A stretch of DNA of 63,531 nucleotides, counting the filler, from Octopus bimaculoides (taxonomy: Eukaryota), in assembly GCF_001194135.2 (NCBI RefSeq). It is 6 parts of 4 records of this genome, joined end to end, with 100 filler letters (N's around TTAATTAATTAA, not from the genome) between each part and the next. Parts side by side here need not be neighbours in the genome. Positions count along the whole stretch, not along the records: positions 1 to 31,066 come from NC_068982.1; positions 31,167 to 36,085 come from NC_069006.1; positions 36,186 to 53,036 come from NC_068983.1; 3 more parts are not named here. One strand, given 5' to 3'. Position 1 is the first letter of the stretch. The number at the start of each line of letters is the position of its first letter. Made by a program: the position numbers and the translations under genes. The notes below the pieces were generated by a model. The model did not search any database. It had not been told where the DNA came from and saw nothing but the letters and a program-made list of their open reading frames with translations. Of the stretch, positions 1-38,693 are shown piece after piece.

Positions 1-212
1 CCATTTCGAGCGTGGCCGTTTTCATGCGGGTGACACGTAAAAGCACCCACTACACTCTGAGTGGTTGGCGTTAGGAAGGGCATCCAGCTGTAGAAACTCT
101 GCCAAATCAGACTGGAGCCTGGTGTTGCCATCCGGTTTCACCAGTCCTCAGTCAAATCGTCCAACCCATGCTAGCATGGAAAGCGGACGTTAAACGATGA
201 TGATGATGATAT
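1..212 (+). mobile_element. RTE-tail SINE / RTE LINE 3' end, young copy
   Basis: gcacccactacactc..gaagggcatccagctgtagaaac..ggacgttaaac(gat)n. Near-identical to the 11810-12040 copy. Confidence 0.85.
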
Positions 213-647
213 ATATATATATAGTCAAGGCTTCATCTTCATCCACCTTGATAGCCTCTCCAATACACCTATCACTCGTCTCTAGAGTTCATTCCTCTTT
301 GCTCATCTCGATCATTTTTTTCCTCTTCGCACTGTACTATGCTACCAGGGTGGCTAAGGATAACAGGGGATCTCGTTTAATGTACAGTCTTCCAGTGTAA
401 CTAGGGGTACTATGGTACCTAGCTGACTCTCCTCTCTCCATCCCTCCCTCTCACAAATCTTGAAGCATATACGTAAGGGACTTCAAAGCTGCATGCACTC
501 CATACACCTTGACTGTTTGGTATCAACATTCACTCTCTCATATATGACATGCTAGCATAGAACAAGGACATTAGCTGATGACCTCTAAAAATATTAAATA
601 ATGGTAATAAGTGAATAGAGAAAAAACAATAAAAGTTGTACAATAAT

Positions 648-653
648 TTTATT
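648..653 (-). promoter_or_regulatory. Candidate poly(A) signal AATAAA for the FAM193A-like 3' UTR
   Basis: AATAAA on the minus strand ~810 nt past the stop, followed by T-rich sequence. No transcript evidence. Confidence 0.35.
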
Positions 654-1466
654 GAAGGGAAGCAGCAAGCAAGTCTAGAAATTGAAGCTGCCACTATAGA
701 ATAGTTTCTTTCTCAGTATAGTTTCTCTTTTTATCTTTTTTTTTCTTCATTTTTTTAAAAATCAAAACATCCACTCTAAACACTTCCAAATCAGTTTGAA
801 AGCCATTTTTACTATGAAAGGTTTAGAGCTTGACACAAGTGATAGAATTTTCTTTGGATCCTAGAGAAAGCTTCCATTTTAAATCTTAAAACTAGTTGTA
901 GATATCTTACATGTAACTATGTTCCAGGGAAAATGTTTAGATCAGTCTGATTATAAAATGACCAATTATTATTGTTATATAGATTTTTTTTCTCAATTTC
1001 AAGAGTTTTTATCATGTGTAATGTCATTATGCAACATCTTGAAATGCAGTTATGGTTGGTGTTGGTGCCATTCTTGATAAGCTGGTAATTAGAAATAGTG
1101 TTAGGATTGATAGCACCAAGACTTGGTGTTGCAACAAGCTGCTCAGCAACTTGCCATGGCCGTTGAAAAGATATTGCAAGCTATTAAAAAGCTTGTCTCT
1201 AAACATCAACACAAAGTCTATCGTATCAGCCCTTCTACACATTTACAGTTCTTTGAGTGTGTTGTAAGAAAATTTAAAGTGTGATGAGACAAAAGTGAAT
1301 TAGCAAACATTGCTTCGCCCAATAATAGAGATGTTTTACAAAGTGGCCAAGCTACCCAACATAGCAATCAATTTGAACCAATCCATTTTCTTTATGAATT
1401 AATTATTGTTCAGCCAATCACAGCACAAAACAATGGATATTCAGCCAATCACAGCTAAGTTGATAT

Positions 1467-27279
<25,813 letters not shown>

Positions 27280-27899
27280 CTGCAAAACACAATTAATTAA
27301 TAGCATTAGGTACTATGCATCATTAAACACAAAACCAAACCTATATAACAGGAATAATCTGACAGATTAATTAATAGGAAAAATTTTAATGACATGGTGG
27401 ATTGACTGAATATATGAAACAAAGTTGTAGGAATAAAATGAAGACAACTTACAAAATAAAACTAAACATTTTGTAATTCTAGGCTTAAGGGTTTCAGTGG
27501 ATTAAAAAAAAAACTGCATGTAAAATTAAATACCTAAGATACACAGATACTATCAAGCCAACAAAGGAGACCTTTATGTACTTAAGAGGACTGCTAGAAA
27601 TAGTAATTATATCTCCTTCAAATTACACACTTCTGTCCTAAAAGAAACACTAGACAATGTAGTACAGGTATATTAAAAATGAGGTCATGGGATGGAGTGC
27701 CTTTGAACATAGGTCAGCTCAATCAGAGATGATCTGAGCTAAACACACAATACAATATAAAAACTAGGGGGGAAATTGTTATATAGTTTAGTTCCTGTAA
27801 TATTACTCATTATTAATAAAATAATTACTAAATTGAATCTTCTTTCTCTTTTTAATAAATGAAAAGATGGCCAGTATTTTACCAGTGTTTCAAAACTAT

Positions 27900-29560
27900 T
27901 AATATTTTATTACTGCTTCAGCATAGGAAGGAAAGTGCCAATACTTATCGTAAGCCTTTTCAGAATTGATGCAATAAATGTTCATCTTGAACTTCTGAAA
28001 GTCAACAGCTGTAGATAAAATGCTAGCAAGGAAGGACTTCCAGACAGTTACAACAATGAGGAGGAACGTTGAATAAAGTTATGTGGAAGGTGAGAAAGGA
28101 TGAAAGGAGAAACAAGTACATTGTCTCTCCTGAATAGACCAAGATAGAGATAATATGGAGTTAATTCAGAATAGACGTCATTGTTATAGCAATACAACAG
28201 TTAACAAGAAGCCAAATGGGATTTTTTGGATATTGGCTAGAATACTTGTGCTTTAGTTGTCCCAATATGTGACATCAGGGTTGAAGTATCTTCTGGCCCT
28301 GAAGAGGAAGCCTCGTCATTATGACAGTATATATTTACAGCCATCAGAGATTGTAAAATGTAACACTTCTAGCAGTTTTCAGGATCTAAGTTGTATGTTG
28401 TTCATGTATAGAGTTGTATGTTGTTCATGTATAGAGAGTAGTATTTGTGATTTTAAAGAAGAACTGGTTGCCATATCTTCTTGAAAAATATTTTTGAGGT
28501 CTTGGAAACAGTGCAAACTTGGTATGTGTAGGTTACATTTGGATGATGCTTGTGTATAAGATTAAGGAGGAGTGAAAGGTAGTATCATCTGCATATGATT
28601 ATGTATGATAGATGTAATAGTAAGCAAGTTATCCATAATCAGATGGGAGATATAATCAAAACTTGAGGATACACCAAAGAGGAAAGTACATAGGTAAGGA
28701 AAAGTCTCTTATCATTTGGAACTTTCCTCTAAGACAGCTACATTGCAAGACAAGATCAGGGATGGGTGGGTGTATTTAAAAGTTACTCATGCTAGAAACT
28801 GTTCAGAACTGATGTCAAGGAATAAATTATGTTTTGACCAAGTCAAAGACTTTATTCATGTTGAAGAAAGAATATTACTGTCACCAAAGTCTTCAAGAGC
28901 AAGTTCTGCTAAACATAACTCCAAGGAAACTGTACTGGTGGTCACCGAGATGAGACAGAAGTTGAAAGTAATGGAAGTAATTGTGGTAGTGCACGTGAGA
29001 TTGACAGGATAGTGTTTAGCAGAGTTAGAGAGGCTGCTTTTCTTAGGAATAGATATGTTTATATAGATTGAAATATATGCAATGAGAGAATAAGGAGTTT
29101 GATGAGGATAGTAACTAGTTCTAGAGTGTATTATTTGAGCTTAATGAAAGAAACTGTCAAGATTTGTCAGCTTATTTGGTTAAATTGTTTAGAGGTTTTT
29201 CCATGTGACAGTTGGATATGTTGGAGAGAGGAACTGGGTAGGAAAGTTTGCAAGGAGATTTGATATGCATGAACATTATAAATTTGAAAGAAAAACAGAA
29301 ATTGAGTAATTAGATCAGCAGGAGTAACGCTTAACAGAAGGGCACATAAATTTTTGCAGAAAATCCTCTTACCAAAGGATCAGGACAGTTTGAGAGAAAT
29401 AAGAGCTTGGAAGCCATGTGATAAACAAAAGTACTCTTTGCTTTCTTAGGTTCATTTGCACACATTGTAATGATTGCTGACTTCTTCCAGGTGTCATAGG
29501 CAATAGTCTTTATTTCTATAGCTGCAATACTGCTGTTAGTGAACTGTACTTGTGTGGAGA
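27900..29560 (-). pseudogene. Degenerate CR1/Jockey-type LINE ORF2
   Basis: SYADDTT at ~28580-28600 and EKAYDK.WH near 27950. Many stops. Confidence 0.6.
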
Positions 29561-29753
29561 GTATGGAATGGCATATGTATGTATGTATGTATGTATAATA
29601 TATATAATATTATTGTTCTTTCTTATGAAATATATAGACTGCTTAAGAAGTGCTCGGGTCGAACCCGACACAAATGAAAAGAATTGAGACATAAACTCAA
29701 ATTAGGCAATCAACTTTTTATACATAATCATACAGTTATAAATTCGACTTAAA

Positions 29754-29808
<55 letters not shown>

Positions 29809-30409
29809 CATGTAAATAAAACCCATGTGGGATATAAATGGAAAGAAGTGTGAGAAAAAGAACTGATAAAACCTCTTTACGTACTAAAATTAAGAGCGGT
29901 TAAGAGCTTCAATTAAAAGATCCATAGAATTTAATGTTTTTTTTTTTTTAAATATATAAACGGTATATAAGGTATATAATACAATTTGAGGAAGTCCACT
30001 TTGTATGGCTGTTTCCAGAGTTCATGTCCTGGTAGAAAAATTAACAGAAATCTTACAAACCATGTGGACAATGTCCCCTTCATTAGGAAAGGCATCCCCA
30101 TAAAATCACATTCTTGACAATTTTTGGTTTTATTTTTAATTACCCACCATGGGCCAACAAAAAGGGGATGATACAAAACACAGATCGATAAAAACAGATG
30201 AGATTTATTTTTTAAAATGGTCATTTTTAAAAAATTAAGAAAAATATAAAGTATGTTTTAGAAACAAAAGGACAATAAAATGAAGTGGTGGACGGGTTCA
30301 TCTCCGACCCCACAACCTCTGTTCCACCACGGAGACCATTATTTACACTTACGTCTGGTCATTTATATCCAGCAATCATGCCACTTCCTTCCATCTTTTG
30401 TTATATGTC

Positions 30410-31050
30410 ATAGACAACAGACATCTCCAGCCATATTTTCCTTTTGAGATGGAAAATAAAGAATGCTACCAAATCCCAGCTGGAGATGAAGACAACTGTC
30501 TCTACTTTTTTCATATGAGACTTCCATACTGCCTCTTTCTCCATAGCAATTATGAGAAAACAAACCTTTTCGTCTTTGTTAAAGGAAACAGCGCAGTAAT
30601 CTTAATGATTGATTCGGACGACAGCTGTACTCCTCTTAGAAGGGACAGCAGCTGTTCGAAATAAACACACAATTCCGAAATTTTCAGACATTGCACAAAA
30701 GTGTGCAGGAGAGTTTCTCTGTCCAGCTCACATCTTGGACAAGTGGGTCTTGACTGACCTCCAGGCCTTGCAAGTTTATCACAAACAGGCAAGGCTTCTC
30801 TGTAACACTTACACACCAAGGACTTTAGGAAATTATCCAAGGACCCTGGCTAGAATGTTCATCAGAACAAGCCAGCTAGTTGATCATCATCAAGACCAAG
30901 GGCATCTCCTAGGGTGTCATCACATTTTGCCTCTACCAACCCTCTATAAAACGACAAAGTTGAACCCTGACCACCAGTGCCACCTGTGCGAGAGGAGAGA
31001 AGGGCTTAGCTGCATTCAGCCTGCCAAGCCTCCACTTTCGGTCTACACTT
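30410..31050 (-). pseudogene. Tx1/L1-clade LINE ORF2 C-terminal zinc-finger fragment
   Basis: CYREALPVCDKL..TCPRCELDRETLLHTFVQC (zf-RVT-like CxxC..H...C). Confidence 0.75.
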
Positions 31051-31110
31051 AATCCAAGATTTCAGTNNNNNNNNNNNNNNNNNNNNNNNNNNNNNNNNNN
31101 NNNNNNNNNN

Positions 31111-31122
31111 TTAATTAATTAA
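31111..31122. other. Artificial contig-join linker TTAATTAATTAA between 44-N blocks (also 36130, 53081, 57132, 60691)
   Basis: The identical 12-mer, with stops in all six frames, sits centred in a 100-nt gap five times. Confidence 0.92.
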
Positions 31123-31166
31123 NNNNNNNNNNNNNNNNNNNNNNNNNNNNNNNNNNNNNNNNNNNN

Positions 31167-31401
31167 ATTTGGGGGACATAACTTTCGCAAGCCAGGAAGA
31201 GGTCGAGACTGACATTTCAGAGGTCTTCACTTTGAAACCAAAAGAGTTTTACATTGATGGGATTAAAAAGCTTGTAAATAGATAGAAGGAAGTCATAGAT
31301 AATCAGGGAAAGTACATTGATGATTAAATTTCAATTAAATATAACATTTGATCACTTGTTTTCCTTATTCAAAATTCGGACAGAACTTATGGAATGACCT
31401 G

Positions 31402-31404
<3 letters not shown>
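31167..31404 (+). mobile_element. Mariner 3' end (transposase C-terminus plus TIR)
   Basis: EFYIDGIKKLVNR*KEVIDNQGKYIDD* followed by TIR-like cggacagaacttatggaatgacctgata. Confidence 0.78.
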
Positions 31405-31447
<43 letters not shown>

Positions 31448-31479
31448 GTATCTGCATGTGTGTGTCTGTTCCACCTCCA

Positions 31480-31645
31480 CCATCATTTGAAAGCCAATGT
31501 TGGTGTTTATGTCCCCGTAACTTAGCGGTCCGGTAAAAAGAGACTAATAGAATAAGTTCTGGGGTCAATTTGTTCAAGTAAAGGTGGTGCTCCAGCATGG
31601 CCACTGTCAAAGTGAAACAAATTAAAGAGTAAAAGTAAAAGAATA
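31480..31645 (+). mobile_element. SINE family A, 3' part
   Basis: gtccccgtaacttagcgg..gtgctccagcatggccac..aaagagtaa. Confidence 0.75.
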
Positions 31646-31829
31646 CATACATAATTTTGTATGGGTGGTGTGGAGAGAAGCGATCTTGATTTGAACACTG
31701 CACCAACATGACATTGAAAGGGTTTTGTAACCTTGGAAACATCCTTTAAAATATATCTTTAGCATTTTTTCTTTTTCTTTTTCTTTTCTTTTCTTTGTTT
31801 TTATCTATCTATTTACTCAGTGGACAAAG

Positions 31830-32090
31830 GTTCGGGTCTCTAGTTCTGTCTGTCCTTGCTCCTTGTTCCACAGCTGTGAGACTTGGACACTGTCCCAGGC
31901 CCCATGATGCTTTGTAGGATTACGAGTTGCCATTGGTTGGATTTGCTATCCAACCCATGACTATTCTCAGAAACTGGGATGCATCCTATTACTTGGATGG
32001 ACCGAAAACCTTACAGCTGTGAAGCGAACTCTGTTACCTCACAGCTATGCTTCTGCCTGTTAGGTTGTGCACCTAGGTTTACTGAGTGAT
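31830..32090 (+). pseudogene. RTE LINE C-terminal fragment
   Basis: SCETWTL motif. Confidence 0.5.
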
Positions 32091-32339
32091 CAAGAACAGA
32101 AGAGATTGAACTTGAGGATAAGAACTGATTCTCTTAACATGATATAGTCAGACACACATACATAATTACATACACACTTACATAGATACATATATACTCT
32201 TAAACATGTGTACGAAGTGTGTAATTCTGTATGCAGTGTGTTTGGAATAAATGTAACAGTTTGCATAAAAAGAAAAGAAAATACAATATCTCATCCAAAA
32301 ACAAAAGCATTTTAAAAAATCAGAAAATATGAACTAGAT

Positions 32340-32720
32340 TATGGCTGGGAGATAAGAGTTTATTCAGAGAAGCCACCCTGAGCTTCTGTCATGGACCCAA
32401 GATCTGTTCCTCACTGTTTCACTGGGAAGATCTTCAAACACTCTTTTGACCTTGGCCACCAGCTTGGCCTTGGGTATTGCAGGTAGAGCGGTTGGTGTCT
32501 TTCTCAACCGTGCCCCACACATAGCAACCTGTGGGTTTATAATCGAGAGAAGGGCAGCGGTGGGAATTGGTGCTGATGAAGTTCTGGGGATTCTTTTCCC
32601 AGAGCTTTGGCAAGAAGCCGAATCCTGTTACTGCACATATGTAGTAATCCTCTCCAGTCAGGAATTGACCACAGTCTCCAGAAGCTTAAAATAGCCATCT
32701 AAATTGTTCTGCTTTGACAT
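32340..32720 (-). pseudogene. Tc1/mariner-superfamily transposase C-terminal fragment
   Basis: QDSA.C, YVWGTVEKDTNRSTCNT and EAQGG remnants, frameshifted. Confidence 0.72.
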
Positions 32721-33579
32721 TTTGATACCCAGTACAAATCAATAAGATACAGATCACCCTTTTCCAATATTCCGATGAATTCTAGTCTTCCATGTCAGCT
32801 AACTTTTTCTCAACTACAACACTGATCTTAATGCTATCAAATGCCCTTGGCTGTTCCCTAATCCATCATCAAGCAGTTTCTAAAGAAAGGAGACTTAAAA
32901 AAATCATCAAGTTTAGTATGCACACCCTGTAGTGTATATCTACACACACACACACACACAATAAACAAAAATAAATTTCTTCACAAAAAAGTTGGTTACA
33001 TCCTCATAATAGATTTCATAAAATTCTTTTAAAAACAAAAACAAAAACAAAACAAAAAAAATCACCTGTACACTTCAAAATTTGTATCAAGTAATTCTCA
33101 TAGACTTTCAAATATGTATATGTATATATATANNNNNNNNNNNNNNNNNNNNNNNNNNNNNNNNNNNNNNNNNNNNNNNNNNNNNNNNNNNNNNNNNNNN
33201 NNNNNNNNNNNNNNNNNNNNNNNNNNNNNNNNNNNNNNNNNNNNNNNNNNNNNNNNNNNNNNNNNNNNNNNNNNNNNNNNNNNNNNNNNNNNNNNNNNNN
33301 NNNNNNNNNNNNNNNNNNNNNNNNNNNNNNNNNNNTGAAATTTTATTTAACAATAAGAAAATTCTAATATCATAACAAATTGTTTTATAACTTAAAAGCA
33401 TGTAAATAATTTAGATTACTATATTTAATAATAAATTACCTTCCTGCATTAATGCAAAATGCAAAAAAATCCTTTAAAGTAATGCAGAATTGAAGCTACA
33501 CACATAGATGCATTCAGTCACGTATCTGCCTTTCATCCATTTCTGGGTGGATGAAATAAGTAACAGCTGAGTGCTTGGG

Positions 33580-33982
33580 GTTGATGTAATTGACTACCCC
33601 CCCCCCAACCCCCAAGTTTCGGGTCTTGTGCCTATAGTAGGAAGAACTATTAGTAATATAAAGATGGTGACCGAATGGAATCGTTAGCATGTTGGACAAA
33701 ATTCTTAGCGCCATTTCCTCTGACTTTTGACTTTCTGAGTTCAGATTCCACCATGGATTGATAAAGCAAGTTCCAGTTAAGCTCTGGGGTCTATGTATTT
33801 GATTTTCCTCCTTCGCCTAAATATGTTTTGGGTTCAAATTCCGCTGAGGTCAGCTTTGACCTTCATCCTTTTGGGATCAATAAAACCAGTTGAACACTGG
33901 GGCTTGATGTAATTGATTAATCCCCACCACTCCCAAGCTGCCCTTGTGGCAAAAATTTGAAATAATAATAATAATAATAATA

Positions 33983-34017
<35 letters not shown>

Positions 34018-34970
34018 GTAAAGCTACAAGCTAGCAGAATTATTAACATAAAGACAGACAAAATGCATAGTGGCATGTTGTCTGTCTTTATGTTCTAAGT
34101 TCAAATTATGCCAAAGCTTACTTTACCTTTCATCCTTTCAGGGTCAATAAGAAATATACCATTTCAACATTTGGCCTGAAACTGCTGGTCTTGAGCCAAA
34201 ATTTGATAGCATTATTATAATTATTATTCGTTCTTTTCTGCTCTAGGCACAAGGCAACTGGTACTTAATTTATCGACCCCGAAAGGATGAAAGACAATGT
34301 CGACCTCAGCAGAATTTGAACTCAGAACATAAAGACAGACAAAATACCGCTAAGCATTTCAACCGGCATGCTAACGTTTCTGCCAGCTCACCTCCTTGTA
34401 ATAATTATCATTGAGTAACTTTGCAGAATAGGGCATGGCATCAGTTACCCTTAGGTACAAATACACAAGGCCCAACACACCCATTATGACTACCCTTCAG
34501 ATAAGAATTACACCAGGCACATTATTATTATTATTATTATTATTATTAATAGTATGGTGGTGAGCTGGCAGAATTGTTAGCACGCCTGGGAAAATGCTTA
34601 GCGGCATTTCGTCCATCTGAGTTCAAATTCCACCAAGGTCAACTTTGCCTTTCATCTATTTGGGGTCAATAAAATGCCACGCCCAAAATTTCAGGCCTTG
34701 TGCCTATAATAGAAAGGATTGCTATTATTATTATTATTATCATTATTATTATGTAAGGCAGTGAGCTAGCAGAGATATTACCTAGCTGGGCAAAATGCTT
34801 AGCAGCATTTTGCCTGTCTTTGTTCCGAGTTCAAATTCCACCAAAATAGACTTTGCCTTTCATTCTTTCGGGGTCAATAGATTAAATACCAGTGAAGCAC
34901 TGGAGTTGATGTAATTGACTAGTCCCCTCCCCAAAATTTCAGGCCTTGCGCCTGTAATAGAAGGGATTAT
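33580..34970. mobile_element. Cluster of ~6-7 SINE family B copies separated by (AAT)/(ATT)n
   Basis: Repeated gagctggcagaat..gagttcaaattcc..ttcatcctttcggggtc units, mostly + strand, one - strand (~34250-34400). Confidence 0.8.
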
Positions 34971-35689
34971 TATTCTTATTACTAGTGTCATCATTTTAAG
35001 CATTTCTGTTTGCTTATCCACAAGCTTTTTTAATATCACTTTTTCATTTGTCTATGTATAATTGTCTTTTTTTTGTTTTTTAATTGTCTTTCATTCTTTC
35101 TTTTTCTGTTGTTTTTTTTTTTTCATTTCACCCATTTTTCATATTTTATTTTATTTCATTTTTCTTTCTTTTTTTTCTTTCTTTTTTTTTTTTTTTTACT
35201 TCCAGGTTCACCTTGGGGTTGGCTCTGATATTCATTGCAGCATCAAAGTGTAGAAGATCAAATTAGTAGGGCTTCTAGTTGTTTTCTGTCCTGCGCTATC
35301 CTGACATCAGTGTGTTAAACCTGAATCTACTACAAAAAAACTCTGCACGTATTCAACTTGACCACAACAAGCTTTTTTTTTTTTTTGTTTTATTTTTTTT
35401 TTTTAACTTTTCCAACTTTCCTTCCTTCATTTCTTTTTCCTCCTCACTCTGTCTCTCTCCCATTTTTTAAAATTTATCCCTTCCCCCTTTATATATATAT
35501 ATACACACACACTCACAAATATTTATACACACATTTTTGTTTGTGTATATTTATACATGTGCAAGCATGTGTATATGTATGTATATGTATCTATCTATCT
35601 ATATATATATATATATATATGTATGTATATGTGTATTTATATGTATGTATATGTGTGTATATATATATGTGTATATATATGTATATATA

Positions 35690-35768
<79 letters not shown>

Positions 35769-36185
35769 ATATGCAGATATGTGTGTGTGAGTTATGTGTA
35801 ATTATGTATCTGTGTGTGTGTCTGGATGTATGCATGTATAATATATATATATATATATATAAACACATTACATACATATAAGTCGCTTCTTCGCAACCCT
35901 AGCATCTCCCAGTTCTTCCTCTCTCTTCTTGTCCCACCCCCTTTCCTCTTCTATATAAATAACCACAGGTTTTAATTAACTGACCAACCAGTGGTTACAC
36001 TCAACTGACCAATGGTTGTAATAAACTTACTACCGTATTTCTGCATCAGTGGAATTCAGGATCACCATCCATTTTTTTTTTGTTANNNNNNNNNNNNNNN
36101 NNNNNNNNNNNNNNNNNNNNNNNNNNNNNTTAATTAATTAANNNNNNNNNNNNNNNNNNNNNNNNNNNNNNNNNNNNNNNNNNNN

Positions 36186-36330
36186 CCTGTAACTTAGCGG
36201 TTCGGCAAAAGTGACCGATGGAATAAGTACTAGGCTTACAAAGAATAAGTCCTGGGGTCGATTTGCTCGACTAAAAGCGGTGCTCCAGCATGGCCGCAGT
36301 CAAATGACTGAAACAAAAGAGTAAAGAGTA
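36186..36330 (+). mobile_element. SINE family A, 3' part, CpGs intact
   Basis: Matches 48280-48427. Confidence 0.8.
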
Positions 36331-36339
36331 TATATATAT

Positions 36340-36760
36340 GCGTGTAGGGGGAGGTGTATTCGCGCCCTTTGTTAAATACACACATATAAACAACATACAT
36401 GCATCGTATATCCGTCTTTCTGAATTTACATGATTTACATGCCCGAATCTATGTAAAAATTATTATATCTGTGAATGTAGGAGAGAGTAAGTATGGTTGT
36501 GTTGCTAGCGAATTCGTTTAGTCGGTTGGCTGGTCTGTCGGTCGGTCGGTTGGCAAGTGCGTAACTAGGGGCGCTAGGCTATACGTCACAGGAGATTCAC
36601 ACCCAAAAATACGCCTGCACAGTGCTTACAAGTCCATATCTAGTAAAAGGCAAACAACCTGCCGGCCTGTCTGGCGAAGATCTTGCCTCCGCCTATTTAA
36701 AAGTCTGTGTACGTGTTAAATCACAACTCACACTCGTATACGCACACAAAATATTATTTC
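36340..36760 (-). promoter_or_regulatory. Putative promoter / first non-coding exon region of the FAM193A-like gene
   Basis: Unique, locally GC- and CpG-rich sequence with a TGACGT CRE-like site and a possible GTATGT donor at 36398. It lies at the CpG-depleted/retained boundary. Inference only. Confidence 0.35.
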
Positions 36761-38411
36761 CATATTGTGTGTATGTGATTAAACAAAACTCCCTATTTGT
36801 CTGTCAATCTGCACACACACGCACTCGAACATAAGTAAAATACATATATGTGTATGTCTGTGCGTGAGTATTTATATATTATATTTTATATATTATACAT
36901 ATATGTTTATATATATATATATATATATATATACAAACATATATATGTGTATATATATATATTATATATATATATATATGTATATATATATNNNNNNNNN
37001 NNNNNNNNNNNNNNNNNNNNNNNNNNNNNNNNNNNNNNNNNNNNNNNNNNNNNNNNNNNNNNNNNNNNNNNNNNNNNNNNNNNNNNNNNNNNNNNNNNNN
37101 NNNNNNNNNNNNNNNNNNNNNNNNNNNNNNNNNNNNNNNNNNNNNNNNNNNNNNNNNNNNNNNNNNNNNNNNNNNNNNNNNNNNNNNNNNNNNNNNNNNN
37201 NNNNNNNNNNNNNNNNNNNNNNNNNNNNNNNNNNNNNNNNNNNNNNNNNNNNNNNNNNNNNNNNNNNNNNNNNNNNNNNNNNNNNNNNNNNNNNNNNNNN
37301 NNNNNNNNNNNNNNNNNNNNNNNNNNNNNNNNNNNNNNNNNNNNNNNNNNNNNNNNNNNNNNNNNNNNNNNNNNNNNNNNNNNNNNNNNNNNNNNNNNNN
37401 NNNNNNNNNNNNNNNNNNNNNNNNNNNNNNNNNNNNNNNNNNNNNNNNNNNNNNNNNNNNNNNNNNNNNNNNNNNNNNNNNNNNNNNNNNNNNNNNNNNN
37501 NNNNNNNNNNNNNNNNNNNNNNNNNNNNNNNNNNNNNNNNNNNNNNNNNNNNNNNNNNNNNNNNNNNNNNNNNNNNNNNNNNNNNNNNNNNNNNNNNNNN
37601 NNNNNNNNNNNNNNNNNNNNNNNNNNNNNNNNNNNNNNNNNNNNNNNNNNNNNNNNNNNNNNNNNNNNNNNNNNNNNNNNNNNNNNNNNNNNNNNNNNNN
37701 NNNNNNNNNNNNTATATATATATATATATATATATATACACGTGTGTGTGTGTATGTGTGTGTGTTTGTATATATGTATATATATGTGTGTGTGTGTGTG
37801 TACATGTGTGGAATGTCTATTGACACATTAATAATTGATGCAGAATTTACGAATCATTTTGTATATATATACATGTATTATATCTAATGCATATCTACCA
37901 TTGACTGTATACCTGTACGTGTGTGTGTGTGCTGTTTGTTGTGTTGTGTATGCGTGTGTGTTGTGTGTTGTGTACGGATGAAGTGAATGTGAATGTGTTC
38001 ATGTGTTGGAGTGTCTGTGTATGTGCATATGCTAATGTGTGTGTGCATGAGTGACTCTCATGCCCGCATATGTACGCATGTGGGTGCGTTACGTTTCTAT
38101 ATATAGTCAAACCATTCACAGAACCGGCAAACTGCCGTGCTGCACCAACTGATGGTTCATTACTCTATATTTAGATGATAAACAGAAATCACAATCTTTT
38201 GGATAACTACCCGTACTCAGATAAGACCGAAGCTAAAAGAAATAATGTACCGAAGTAAAATAGTGTTAAAAAAAAAAAGAAACTTTGGTAAAGTTTAGCG
38301 TCTAGTACAAATAGACAATATCAGAGTTAATTCCGAAGAAAATTCTCTTTGAGAAGTAGAGAATCTAAGGTTTTAGGGTCTTGGCTATTCGTCCTGAAGT
38401 GAGTAAACCAG

Positions 38412-38693
38412 GTGGAGGCGCAATGGCCCAGTGGTTAGGACAGTGGACCCGCGGTCATAGGATTGCGGTTTCGATTCCCAGACCGGGCATTGTGAGTGTT
38501 TATTGAGCGAAAACACCTAAAGCTCCACGAGGCTCCGGCAGGGGATGGTGGCGGACCCTGCTGTACTCTTTCACCACAACTTTCTCTCACTCTTACTTCC
38601 TGTTTCTGTTGTGCCTGTAATTCAAAGGGTCAGCCTTGTCACACTGTGTCACGCTGAATATCCCCGAGAACTACGTTATGGGTACACGTGTCT
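38412..38693 (+). mobile_element. tRNA-derived SINE family C
   Basis: A-box TGGCCCAGTGG and B-box GGTTTCGATTCC. Runs into a gap. Confidence 0.75.

Noticed and set aside
29640-30330. TTAA plus CGGGTCGAACCCG palindrome suggesting a piggyBac-like element
   Set aside because: No matching second terminus or TSD could be identified.
36848-37831. Long ORFs of 180-390 aa here and at 38545-39254, 49727-50951 and 55371-56459
   Set aside because: They are read-through of N-gaps plus (TA)/(TG) microsatellites.
38412-38490. tRNA-like A/B boxes, also at 47804 and other SINE heads
   Set aside because: No complete cloverleaf, and the heads are attached to SINE bodies, so they are not tRNA genes.
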